From Desulfobacterales bacterium (GTDB lineage: Bacteria; Desulfobacterota; Desulfobacteria; Desulfobacterales; UBA5616): 15,270 nucleotides of DNA. Position 1 is the stretch's first letter, and every line of letters starts with the position of its first letter. The notes under the pieces are model-generated. The model made no database searches. It worked only from the letters and a program-made list of their open reading frames with translations, and had not been told where the DNA came from. This document shows positions 7,416 to 15,130 of the stretch, in pieces. A program made the translations under genes and the position numbers. The stretch spans positions 1 to 15,270 of the forward strand of contig JAWODC010000086.1 of assembly GCA_046483495.1 (NCBI GenBank). The letters run 5' to 3'.

Positions 7416-10049
7416 ATGCTGAATATCCTACGATCCATTGTTCTGATCCTCGTCTGTCTTTTTTTCGGGATTGCTTCGGCCGAACCCCCACCGAGCGTGC
7501 TGGTGCTGCCGTTTGCCGTCCAATCCACCGATAAGCGGCCCGATCTTGAGGCCGAACTGCAGAAAATCATTGCGGAGCACTTGCAGCGTGAAGGCGCTGA
7601 AATCATCCCGGCCGGTCCGGAAGCTGAAGCCGCCGCCGCCCAAAACACGCTTTTGGATACAGAAGTCGTCAGACAGATTGGATCCAAACTGGGCGCGGAC
7701 TACGTTGTGTGGGGAATCCTGGACCTGACCGGACGACCATACCGACTGGAAGCCCGTCTGCTGCAGCTGTTTACAGAGGAGGCTCCGGCAGTGTTTACCA
7801 AACAGGTCGAGGACATCGAACTGCTCTTCGGGTCCGTCAGGGATCTTTCCGTGGATATCGCCGCCGCGGTCTTCGGACGTTTCCGAATCACCGACGTCGT
7901 CGTAAAGGGAAATGCCAGGATCGAATCGGATGCCGTAAAGCGGGTCATCACGTCATCGAAGGGAGACATCTTTTCCGCTGAAAGGCTTTCCCGGGACCTC
8001 AAGTCGGTTTACGAGATGGGGTATTTCGATGATGTGCGCATCGAAGCGGAGGACGTGCCGGGCGGCAAACGGGTTGTCTTTCATGTAGAAGAAAAGCCCA
8101 CCGTGCGCGAGATATCCGTTTCGGGCAACAAGGCCGTCGAAACCGATGAAATCATGAAAAACATCACCATCACCACCGGATCGATTTTAAACATTTTACG
8201 CGTGCAGGAAAATATCCGGAGCATCGAATCCCTGTACAAGGAAAAAAACTACCATAATGTCAAGATCACTTACACCACCACCGAGTTGGAAAACAACCAG
8301 GCGGACCTTACATTCGTCATCGAAGAAGGAGAGCGACAGCAGATCAAGGAGATCACCATCGAAGGGAATGTCGATTATTCCGACAAGGATCTGAAGTCCC
8401 TGATGGACACCTCTGAAAAGGGATTTTTCTCCTGGATCACCTCTTCCGGCACCTACAATCCCGATGACCTGTCCCGGGACGTCGACAAGCTCACGGCCTT
8501 CTATCTGAACAACGGCTATATCCAGGCCCGGGTCAGCGACCCGATCGTAACTTTCGACGGCGACTGGATTTACATCACGATAAAAATATTTGAAGGCCCG
8601 AGATTCAAGGTGGGCAACGTCTCCATCGGCGGCGATATCATCACTTCGGAAGAAGAGCTGCTCGACGTCACCCGGATCGGGGAGCAGGAATATTTCAACC
8701 GCCAGGTCATCCAGGAAGACATCTCCGCATTGACCGAGATATATGCCAACGAGGGGTACGCGTTCCCGGACATCGCCCCCCTTCTCGAGCAGGATGAAAT
8801 CAAACAAGAGGTTAACATCACCTATGAAATCGACAAAGGTAAACAGGTCTACTTCGAAGAGATCAGCATCCGCGGCAATACGAAAACCCGGGACAAGGTG
8901 ATTCGACGTGAACTGGTGGTGTACGAAGGGGATCTTTACAGCGGGGAACGGCTGAAGCGGAGCGTCCGCAACCTGTACCGGCTCGACTATTTCGAGGATG
9001 TTAAAGTCAACCCGGTCAAGGGAAGCGCCGATGACAAAATGATTCTGGACATCGATGTCGAGGAAAAGCCGACGGGGACCTTCAGTTTCGGGGCCGGGTA
9101 CAGCAGCGTCGAAAATGTGTTCGCCATGGTCCAGCTTTCACAGCGCAACCTCTTCGGCAGAGGCCAGAAGCTGCAGTTGAAGGCGCAGGTCGGCGGCACC
9201 ACCACCCGTTATTCCCTAGGATTTACCGAACCGTGGCTGTTCGACATTCCGTTGTCGGCAGGGTTCGATCTTTACAACTGGATCGTCGATTATGACGACT
9301 ACGACCGTGACAGCATCGGCGGGGGCATCCGGTTCGGATACCCGGTGTACGATTACACGCGGGCCTACTTCGGCTATTCCTACGATGTGAGCGACATTAA
9401 TAATATCGATCCGGACGCCGCCTTTGAAATCAAGGACCTGGAAGGCGAAAACACCACCAGCTCGGTTTCGACGTCATTGCGGTATGACTCCCGGGACAGG
9501 GTCTTCAATCCGACCGAGGGCAGCAACCACAGCATCGGTCTCGAGTATGCGGGCCTCGGGGGCAATATCGGATTTGTCAAGTACACGGCCGAAACCGGCT
9601 GGTATTTTCCGTTGATCAAGGACCTGGTCCTGTTCACCCATGGCGAGGCCGGCTATATTCAGGAGGTCTCCGGCAAAAAGGTGCCCGATTACGAACGGTT
9701 CTATCTCGGCGGCATGAACTCCATTCGGGGATTCGACTGGCGGGATATCTCCGTGCTTAATGAAGACGGCAACGAGATCGGCGGCGACAAGTACGTCCAG
9801 TTCAATGTGGAGCTGATCTATCCCATTTTCAAGGAGGCCGGGTTCGTGTCGGTTCTTTTCTTCGATACCGGCAACGTGTTCGGCACCAGTGACAGCATCG
9901 ATTTCGGCGACCTGAGGGAAAGCGTCGGGTTCGGGTTCCGCTGGTACAGCCCCATGGGGCCGCTGCGCATCGAGTATGGGCGGGTCTTGGATGCCCGGGA
10001 AGGTGAAGATGACGGTCGGTGGGAGTTCTCGGTGGGGCAGGCGTTTTGA
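7416..10049 (+). CDS. bamA: Outer membrane protein assembly factor BamA with an N-terminal extension
   Basis: Signal peptide, POTRA repeats (GNTKTRDKVIRRE), barrel motifs NLFGRGQ, SIRGF and WYSPMGPLR, C-terminal Phe. A GAGGT SD favours ATG 7416 over GTG 7407. Confidence 0.96.
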   Translation: MLNILRSIVLILVCLFFGIASAEPPPSVLVLPFAVQSTDKRPDLEAELQKIIAEHLQREGAEIIPAGPEAEAAAAQNTLLDTEVVRQIGSKLGADYVVWGILDLTGRPYRLEARLLQLFTEEAPAVFTKQVEDIELLFGSVRDLSVDIAAAVFGRFRITDVVVKGNARIESDAVKRVITSSKGDIFSAERLSRDLKSVYEMGYFDDVRIEAEDVPGGKRVVFHVEEKPTVREISVSGNKAVETDEIMKNITITTGSILNILRVQENIRSIESLYKEKNYHNVKITYTTTELENNQADLTFVIEEGERQQIKEITIEGNVDYSDKDLKSLMDTSEKGFFSWITSSGTYNPDDLSRDVDKLTAFYLNNGYIQARVSDPIVTFDGDWIYITIKIFEGPRFKVGNVSIGGDIITSEEELLDVTRIGEQEYFNRQVIQEDISALTEIYANEGYAFPDIAPLLEQDEIKQEVNITYEIDKGKQVYFEEISIRGNTKTRDKVIRRELVVYEGDLYSGERLKRSVRNLYRLDYFEDVKVNPVKGSADDKMILDIDVEEKPTGTFSFGAGYSSVENVFAMVQLSQRNLFGRGQKLQLKAQVGGTTTRYSLGFTEPWLFDIPLSAGFDLYNWIVDYDDYDRDSIGGGIRFGYPVYDYTRAYFGYSYDVSDINNIDPDAAFEIKDLEGENTTSSVSTSLRYDSRDRVFNPTEGSNHSIGLEYAGLGGNIGFVKYTAETGWYFPLIKDLVLFTHGEAGYIQEVSGKKVPDYERFYLGGMNSIRGFDWRDISVLNEDGNEIGGDKYVQFNVELIYPIFKEAGFVSVLFFDTGNVFGTSDSIDFGDLRESVGFGFRWYSPMGPLRIEYGRVLDAREGEDDGRWEFSVGQAF

Positions 10050-10050
10050 A

Positions 10051-10471
10051 TAGGTGATTAAGTGATTAAGTGATTAGGTGGTTAGGTGGTTAGGTGAGTA
10101 GGTCAAAAATAGTGAACCGTGAACGGTGATTGTGGATCGGTTCTGATTTTAAAAAAACAATTTAGACACGGATTACACGGTTTACAACGTTTACATCGGA
10201 TCGGTTCTGATTTAAGAGTAGCATTCGGTATCGGTATCGGTATCGGTATCGAAAATCAAAAGAGAAAAAAACCGATCCCGATCCCGATTTCGATGAGAAG
10301 CGAGCGTAGAACGCAAGACGTACGGCGAAGCCGATTAGAGGAATCTATTGAAAATGTCGACATTGGATCAACGTTTAACCGTCGAAACATGTCCCCTTCC
10401 CCACCGGAGGGGGAAGGCCGGGATGGGGGGGAATAAAGGCCCGATCCGCTGACCGTTGTTCACTGTTCACT
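10051..10471 (+). repeat. Modular repeat element, copy E3 (314-bp core 10134-10447); left arm is a TARGTGRT octamer array plus GTGAAC heptamers, right arm is GTTCACT heptamers
   Basis: Six octamers at 10051-10098, heptamers at 10111-10131, GGATCGGTTCTG at 10134 and 10198, AGGCCCGATCC at 10437-10447, GTTCACT x2 at 10458-10471. Confidence 0.92.
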
Positions 10472-10509
10472 AAGACAATTCACATCAAACAATTCAAAGG
10501 GGTTTTTTT

Positions 10510-11058
10510 ATGAAAATGAAACAAGCGATGTTGATGATCATTGCGGGAATGGCTGCTGTTTTCTTTATCTCTTCGGCACATGCGGCGGATGTCGCCAAAA
10601 TCGGAGTGGTGGACCTGCAGAAGATCGTCGCCAATTCGAGCTATGGAAAATCGGCACAGGCGGAAATCAACAAAAAAGGCGAGGAGCTCACGCAGGATCT
10701 CAAGAAAAAAGAGGGTGATCTAACCGAATTGAAGCAGAAGATCGAGCGCGAAGCTCTGGTAATGAGCCAGGAAAAACGGGAAGAAAAAGAGCGGGAATTC
10801 CGGATCAAGGTCGGCGACCTCCAGTCGCTGGAAAAGAAGTACAAAAAGGAACTGGCCGATTTGAACATGAAGCTCGTCGGGCGCATTCAAGCCGACATCT
10901 TGAAGCTTGTCGAGGAAGTCGGGAAAAAAGAAGGGTACCTGCTGGTTTTCGAAAAGCGGGAAGCCGGTGTGATGTATGCTCCGGATGCTTTGGACTTGTC
11001 GGATCAAATCACCAAGATGTATAATGATCAGTATGCCAGGGAGAATAAGGGGAATTGA
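10510..11058 (+). CDS. skp: Periplasmic chaperone Skp/OmpH
   Basis: Signal peptide ending AHA, then KIGVVDLQKI, a long coiled coil and KKEGYLLVFE...LDLSDQI. Lies between bamA and lpxD. Confidence 0.92.
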   Translation: MKMKQAMLMIIAGMAAVFFISSAHAADVAKIGVVDLQKIVANSSYGKSAQAEINKKGEELTQDLKKKEGDLTELKQKIEREALVMSQEKREEKEREFRIKVGDLQSLEKKYKKELADLNMKLVGRIQADILKLVEEVGKKEGYLLVFEKREAGVMYAPDALDLSDQITKMYNDQYARENKGN

Positions 11059-11062
11059 TCCA

Positions 11063-11090
11063 AACGATTAACCATTAACGATTAACAAAT
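11063..11090 (+). repeat. Solo heptamer array AACGATT-AACCATT-AACGATT-AACAAAT
   Basis: Four 7-bp units fill 28 of the 32 bp between the skp stop and the lpxD ATG. Confidence 0.75.
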
Positions 11091-12113
11091 ATGGAATACA
11101 CCCTATCCCACATAGCCCGACTCCTGAACGGCACCCTTTCCGGAGACGGCACCAAAATCATCAACGGCGCGGCAGGCTTCGAGGACGCCGGCCCGGATGA
11201 CATCACCTATGCGGGCAACCCCAAATTCCTCGGCCGGATCGCCGAAACGCCGGCCGGCGCCGTCCTGGTGCCGAACGGCGTGCAATGCCCCGGGAAAAAC
11301 ATCATCGAAGTGGAGAACCCGCGCATCGCCTTCAACGACATCGTCATACGTTTCGACACCCGGACACGGCCGACGCCCGGCATTCATGAAAACGCCCACA
11401 TCGGAGAGGGATTCACCCCCGGATCGGACCTCCATGTCGGGCCGTTCGTCAGCATCGGGAATCATGTCAAGGTCGGAGACCGGGTCGTGCTGCACGCCCA
11501 TGTCGTGCTCCAGGATCACACGGTGCTCGGAGATGATGTGGAGATTCACCCGCACGTGACGATCATGCATGGATGCAGGATCGGCAACCGGGTGATGATT
11601 CACCCGGGAACGGTCGTCGGCAGCGACGGATTCGGATTCGAACCGGTCGGGGAGCGGTACGAAAAGATCATTCACACGGGCATTGTCCGGATCGATGACG
11701 ATGTGGAGATCGGCGCCTGCAACACCATCGACCGGGGAACCATCGGCAAAACCTGGATCAAGCGCGGCGTCAAGACGGACAACCTGATCCAGATCGGGCA
11801 CAACGTCGTGGTGGGGGAAGACACGATCATCGTGGCCCAGGTCGGCATCTCCGGGAGTGCCTCCATCGGCCGGCACGTGGTCATGGCCGGACAGGCCGGC
11901 ATCGGCGGCCACATCACCATCGGTGACAATGCCGTGATCGGTCCACAGGCCGGGATCATCAAATCCGTTGCCGACGGGGATATCCTGTCCGGCACGCCGG
12001 CCATGCCCCACAAGAATTGGCTTCGGTCTCACCGGGTATTGCCTTCGCTGCCGGAATTGAAGAAACGGATTGCGGCTTTGGAGAAGCGGTTGGCGGATCT
12101 TGCGGGGGAATGA
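11091..12113 (+). CDS. lpxD: UDP-3-O-acylglucosamine N-acyltransferase LpxD
   Basis: Hexapeptide repeats, GSDGFGF, EIGACNTIDRG, KTDNLIQIGHNV, AQVGISGS. Confidence 0.97.
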   Translation: MEYTLSHIARLLNGTLSGDGTKIINGAAGFEDAGPDDITYAGNPKFLGRIAETPAGAVLVPNGVQCPGKNIIEVENPRIAFNDIVIRFDTRTRPTPGIHENAHIGEGFTPGSDLHVGPFVSIGNHVKVGDRVVLHAHVVLQDHTVLGDDVEIHPHVTIMHGCRIGNRVMIHPGTVVGSDGFGFEPVGERYEKIIHTGIVRIDDDVEIGACNTIDRGTIGKTWIKRGVKTDNLIQIGHNVVVGEDTIIVAQVGISGSASIGRHVVMAGQAGIGGHITIGDNAVIGPQAGIIKSVADGDILSGTPAMPHKNWLRSHRVLPSLPELKKRIAALEKRLADLAGE

Positions 12114-12158
12114 TTGATTAGGGGTGTTGTTTTTGGGCGATAGGGGGTGAGAGGAAAT

Positions 12159-12557
12159 AGTGAACAGTGAATAGTGTGAAAAAGCGGGTTATGGGCTATG
12201 GGCTATGGGCTATGGATGTGGATCGGTTCTGATTTAAGAGAAGCATCCGATGTCGGTATCGGTATCGAACTTCAAAAAAGAAAAAAATCGATCCCGATTT
12301 CGATCCCGATCCCGATTTCGATGAAAAGAAGCGTAGAACGTAAAATATACGGCAAAGCCGCTTATTTTTGACCAAAAATTATTTCTGACCAAAAACAAAC
12401 CGTGAGCGAAGCGAACGGCATTTTTATATACTTGTTTAAAATATATGCATAACGATCAGTTGAACCGCGGCGCAGCATGTCCCCTTCACCCCTGGAGGGG
12501 GAAGGCCGGGATGGGGGGGATGAAGATCTTATCCATTAAATCTTTGAGCCTACAGCT
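12159..12557 (+). repeat. Modular repeat element, copy E4 (315-bp core 12220-12534); left arm AGTGAAC plus GGGYTAT heptamers, degenerate CTTTGAG-type right arm
   Basis: GGATCGGTTCT at 12220-12230 and degenerate right IR AGATCTTATCC at 12524-12534. The core aligns end to end with the reverse complement of E5. Confidence 0.92.
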
Positions 12558-12591
12558 CCCCTATTCCATATAAGAGTCAGGAGCATACCCG

Positions 12592-13302
12592 GTGCCGACC
12601 ACCTACCAGATAAAATTGGAAAACATCTTCGAAGGTCCGATGGACCTCCTGGTTCACCTCATTCGAAAGAACCAGGTCGACATCTACGATATACCCATCG
12701 CCCTGATTACGGATCAGTACCTGGCGTACCTCGACTGGATGAAGTCCCTGAACATCGATTTTGCCGGTGATTTCCTGCTGATGGCCGCGACATTGACCCA
12801 GATAAAATCGAAGATGCTGCTTCCGTCGCACGGCGATGAGGACGGCGAGGATGACCCGCGTCTCGAAATCGCGAAGCCGCTCGAGGAGTACCTTCAAATG
12901 AAATCGGCGGCCGAGGAGCTTTCCCGGCGGAACCTGCTCGGCGATGCGACATTCGTCCGCAAAACCTCCCGGGATGAACTCGAATTGCCGGAAGAGGACG
13001 AATTTATCCAGGTCGGCCTGTTCGAACTGATCGATGCGTTTCAGAAGATACTGAAAAATATACCGATCGATTCCAAGGTCGACTTTTCGGCGGAAAAATT
13101 ATCGGTTCGCGAACACATTTCCCAAATCGTGGATATTCTGGAAAGAAAAGGAAGCATCGTATTCGACGAGATTTTCACCGAAAAACCCAACAAAAGCGAC
13201 ATCGTCGTGTCGTTTCTGGCCATATTGGAAATGATAAAACTCGAGCTGATCCGGGTGGTGCAGCATGTCCAATCCGGCATCATTCGAATCTTCTACCTGT
13301 AG
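12592..13302 (+). CDS. scpA: Segregation and condensation protein A (kleisin)
   Basis: FEGPMDLLVHLIRKNQVDIYDIPI, FLLMAATLTQIKSKMLLP, C-terminal VVSFLAILEMIK. AGGAG SD before the GTG start. Confidence 0.95.
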   Translation: MPTTYQIKLENIFEGPMDLLVHLIRKNQVDIYDIPIALITDQYLAYLDWMKSLNIDFAGDFLLMAATLTQIKSKMLLPSHGDEDGEDDPRLEIAKPLEEYLQMKSAAEELSRRNLLGDATFVRKTSRDELELPEEDEFIQVGLFELIDAFQKILKNIPIDSKVDFSAEKLSVREHISQIVDILERKGSIVFDEIFTEKPNKSDIVVSFLAILEMIKLELIRVVQHVQSGIIRIFYL

Positions 13303-13329
13303 CCCGAAAAGGTGAAGCGACAACACACA

Positions 13330-13989
13330 ATGGATGATATCAAACCCATTATCGAATGCCTGCTGTTCATATCCGAGAATCCATTGTCCGTCGACCGCAT
13401 CAAGCGGGTGCTGGAGACCACTGACGGCCGGGAGATACGAAAGACCGTCTCCGAACTGGCTGAAGAGTACGAAAACCGTCAAGGCGGCATCGTTCTGCGC
13501 GAGGTCGCCGGGGGATTCCAGTTCCGCACCCACCCGGACTACGCCCACTGGATCAAGAAGCTGGTCCAGCCCGGGCCCCAGCGCCTCAGCAAGGCCGCGC
13601 TGGAAACGCTGTCGATCGTCGCGTACAAGCAGCCGATCATCCGCAGCGACATCGAATTCATCCGCGGCGTGGACTGCGGCGGCATCCTTCGGATGCTGCT
13701 GGAAAAGAAGCTGATCCGGGTTCTGGGCAAAAAAGAAATCCCCGGCCGGCCGCTGATCTACGCGACGACCCGACAGTTTTTGGAGCTGTTCGACTTGAAG
13801 GACCTGAAGGATCTTCCGTCTCCCCGGGAAATCGAGGCGCTTGGGGAGTTGTCGATGGTGGAGAAGGAAGAAGGAAAATCCGATCCCGGGGAAAGCGAGC
13901 CTGTCGAACAGGCTGACGAATATGATGAAAATAACGATCGTGAGCCGCCGCCGGATGAGGGGGCGTCAGAAGAAAAAAATAGTGAATAA
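13330..13989 (+). CDS. scpB: Segregation and condensation protein B
   Basis: IIECLLF, LREVAGGFQFRT, LSKAALETLSIVAYKQP, IRGVD, GRPLIYATT..FLELFDL..LKDLP, acidic tail. The start could also be GTG 13312. Confidence 0.95.
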   Translation: MDDIKPIIECLLFISENPLSVDRIKRVLETTDGREIRKTVSELAEEYENRQGGIVLREVAGGFQFRTHPDYAHWIKKLVQPGPQRLSKAALETLSIVAYKQPIIRSDIEFIRGVDCGGILRMLLEKKLIRVLGKKEIPGRPLIYATTRQFLELFDLKDLKDLPSPREIEALGELSMVEKEEGKSDPGESEPVEQADEYDENNDREPPPDEGASEEKNSE

Positions 13990-14023
13990 TGAAAAATGGG
14001 GCTTTGGATGATGAATAAAACGC

Positions 14024-14423
14024 AAAGCTGAAAGCTCAAAGCATTAGCGGATCGGGTCTTATTCCCCCCCATCCCGGCCTTCCCCCTCCAGGGGTGAAGG
14101 GGACATGCTGCGCCGCGAGTCCACTGATCGTAATGCATATATTTTAAACAAGTATATAAAAAGGCCGTTCGCTTCGCTCACGGTTTGTTTTTGCTAAAAA
14201 TAAGCAGCTTCGCCGTATATTTTACGTTCTACGCTTGCTTTTCATCGAAATCGGGATCGGTTTTTTTCTTTTTCAAATTTCGATACCGATACCGATAACG
14301 ATACCGATACCGACACCGGATGCTTCTCTTAAAATAGAACCGATCAGCAATCACCGTTCACTGTTCACTGTTCACCGTTCACTGTTTTTAGACCTAACCA
14401 CCTAACCACTTAACCACTCAATC
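14024..14423 (-). repeat. Modular repeat element, copy E5 (reverse orientation, 298-bp core 14049-14346); AAAGCTS heptamer arm on one side, GTTCACY heptamers plus ACCTAACC octamers on the other
   Basis: GGATCGGGTCT at 14049-14059, AGAACCGATCA at 14336-14346, heptamers at 14356-14383, octamers at 14392-14423. The flank matches the reverse complement of the E3 left flank. Confidence 0.92.
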
Positions 14424-14435
14424 CCAAAAATTCTC

Positions 14436-14465
14436 TTGACTATCCCCCATCATACTCCGTATAAA
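14436..14465 (+). promoter_or_regulatory. Putative sigma70 promoter for ihfB-tRNA-Val
   Basis: TTGACT (14436-14441), 18-bp spacer, TATAAA (14460-14465), about 50 bp upstream of the ATG. Confidence 0.5.
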
Positions 14466-14517
14466 AGGAAACACACAAATCAACCTTCCACCGAATGCCG
14501 TACGAGAGAGAGGCCGC

Positions 14518-14796
14518 ATGAATCGATCCGACCTTGTCGACACCATTAAAGACACCATTCAGGTCACCCGAAAAGAGGCGGAACGGATTGTCGAAGTCTT
14601 TTTCAAAACCATAGAGGACACCCTGACAAGCGGAGATCGTGTGGAAATTAGGGGTTTCGGCAGTTTCGCCGTTCGCGAATACGAATCCTACACCGGCCGA
14701 AATCCCAAAACCGGTCAAAAAATCACCGTTTCCCCGAAGAAGCTCCCCTATTTCAAGCCGGGAAAAGAGCTCAAGGAAATGGTCGATATCGCATAA
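14518..14796 (+). CDS. ihfB: Integration host factor subunit beta / HU-family DNA-binding protein
   Basis: GDRVEIRGFGSF, GRNPKTG, PYFKPGKELKE. The RVEIRGFGSF motif is IHF-beta-like. GAGG SD. Confidence 0.85.
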   Translation: MNRSDLVDTIKDTIQVTRKEAERIVEVFFKTIEDTLTSGDRVEIRGFGSFAVREYESYTGRNPKTGQKITVSPKKLPYFKPGKELKEMVDIA

Positions 14797-14798
14797 AC

Positions 14799-14873
14799 GG
14801 GCGGTTAACTCAGCGGGAGAGTGCTACCTTCACACGGTAGAAGTCACTGGTTCAAACCCAGTACCGCCCACCA
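14799..14873 (+). tRNA. tRNA-Val (anticodon CAC)
   Basis: Acceptor stem GGGCGGT/ACCGCCC, D arm ACTC/GAGT, anticodon stem CTACC/GGTAG with loop TT-CAC-AC, T arm ACTGG-TTCAAAC-CCAGT, discriminator A and encoded CCA. Confidence 0.97.
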
Positions 14874-14877
14874 GAAT

Positions 14878-14909
14878 AAAAAAAAAGCGGACTTAGTCCG
14901 CTTTTTTTT
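14878..14909. terminator. Intrinsic terminator, probably bidirectional
   Basis: A9-GCGGAC-TTA-GTCCGC-T8 immediately after the tRNA. Confidence 0.88.
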
Positions 14910-15000
14910 ATGGTCTATGATACAGGGACGTTCTTAACATTTAAACTTTTACCTTCGTTGAGTTCTACAGCGATAGAAGACGAACCCTGCTCCACTCCAA

Positions 15001-15060
15001 ATCGGGATCGGGATCGAAAATCAAAATAGAAAATTCGACCCCTATCCTGATGAAACGCGT
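15001..15060 (+). repeat. Degenerate remnant of the hexamer (ATCGGG...CGATCC) module of the repeat family
   Basis: ATCGGGATCGGGATCGAAAATCAAAATAGAAAATTCGACCCCTATCCTGATG aligns with E3 ~10236-10295. Confidence 0.65.
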
Positions 15061-15130
15061 TTTTTTCACCACGAAGTTAATCCGTGCAAAGTCAAGTAAA
15101 AAATTTATGTATAATCGGGTTTACCAAGGT

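Noticed and set aside
10353..10364. Perfect palindrome AATGTCGACATT in E3
   Set aside because: It is not conserved in other copies, and one 12-bp palindrome in 15 kb is expected by chance.
10119..10436. 105-aa ORF spanning E3 as a possible cargo or transposase gene
   Set aside because: It is low-complexity (GIGIGI, PIPIP), and indels in the other copies break the frame.
14639..14896. 85-aa ORF overlapping ihfB and the tRNA
   Set aside because: It is fully explained by ihfB and tRNA-Val.
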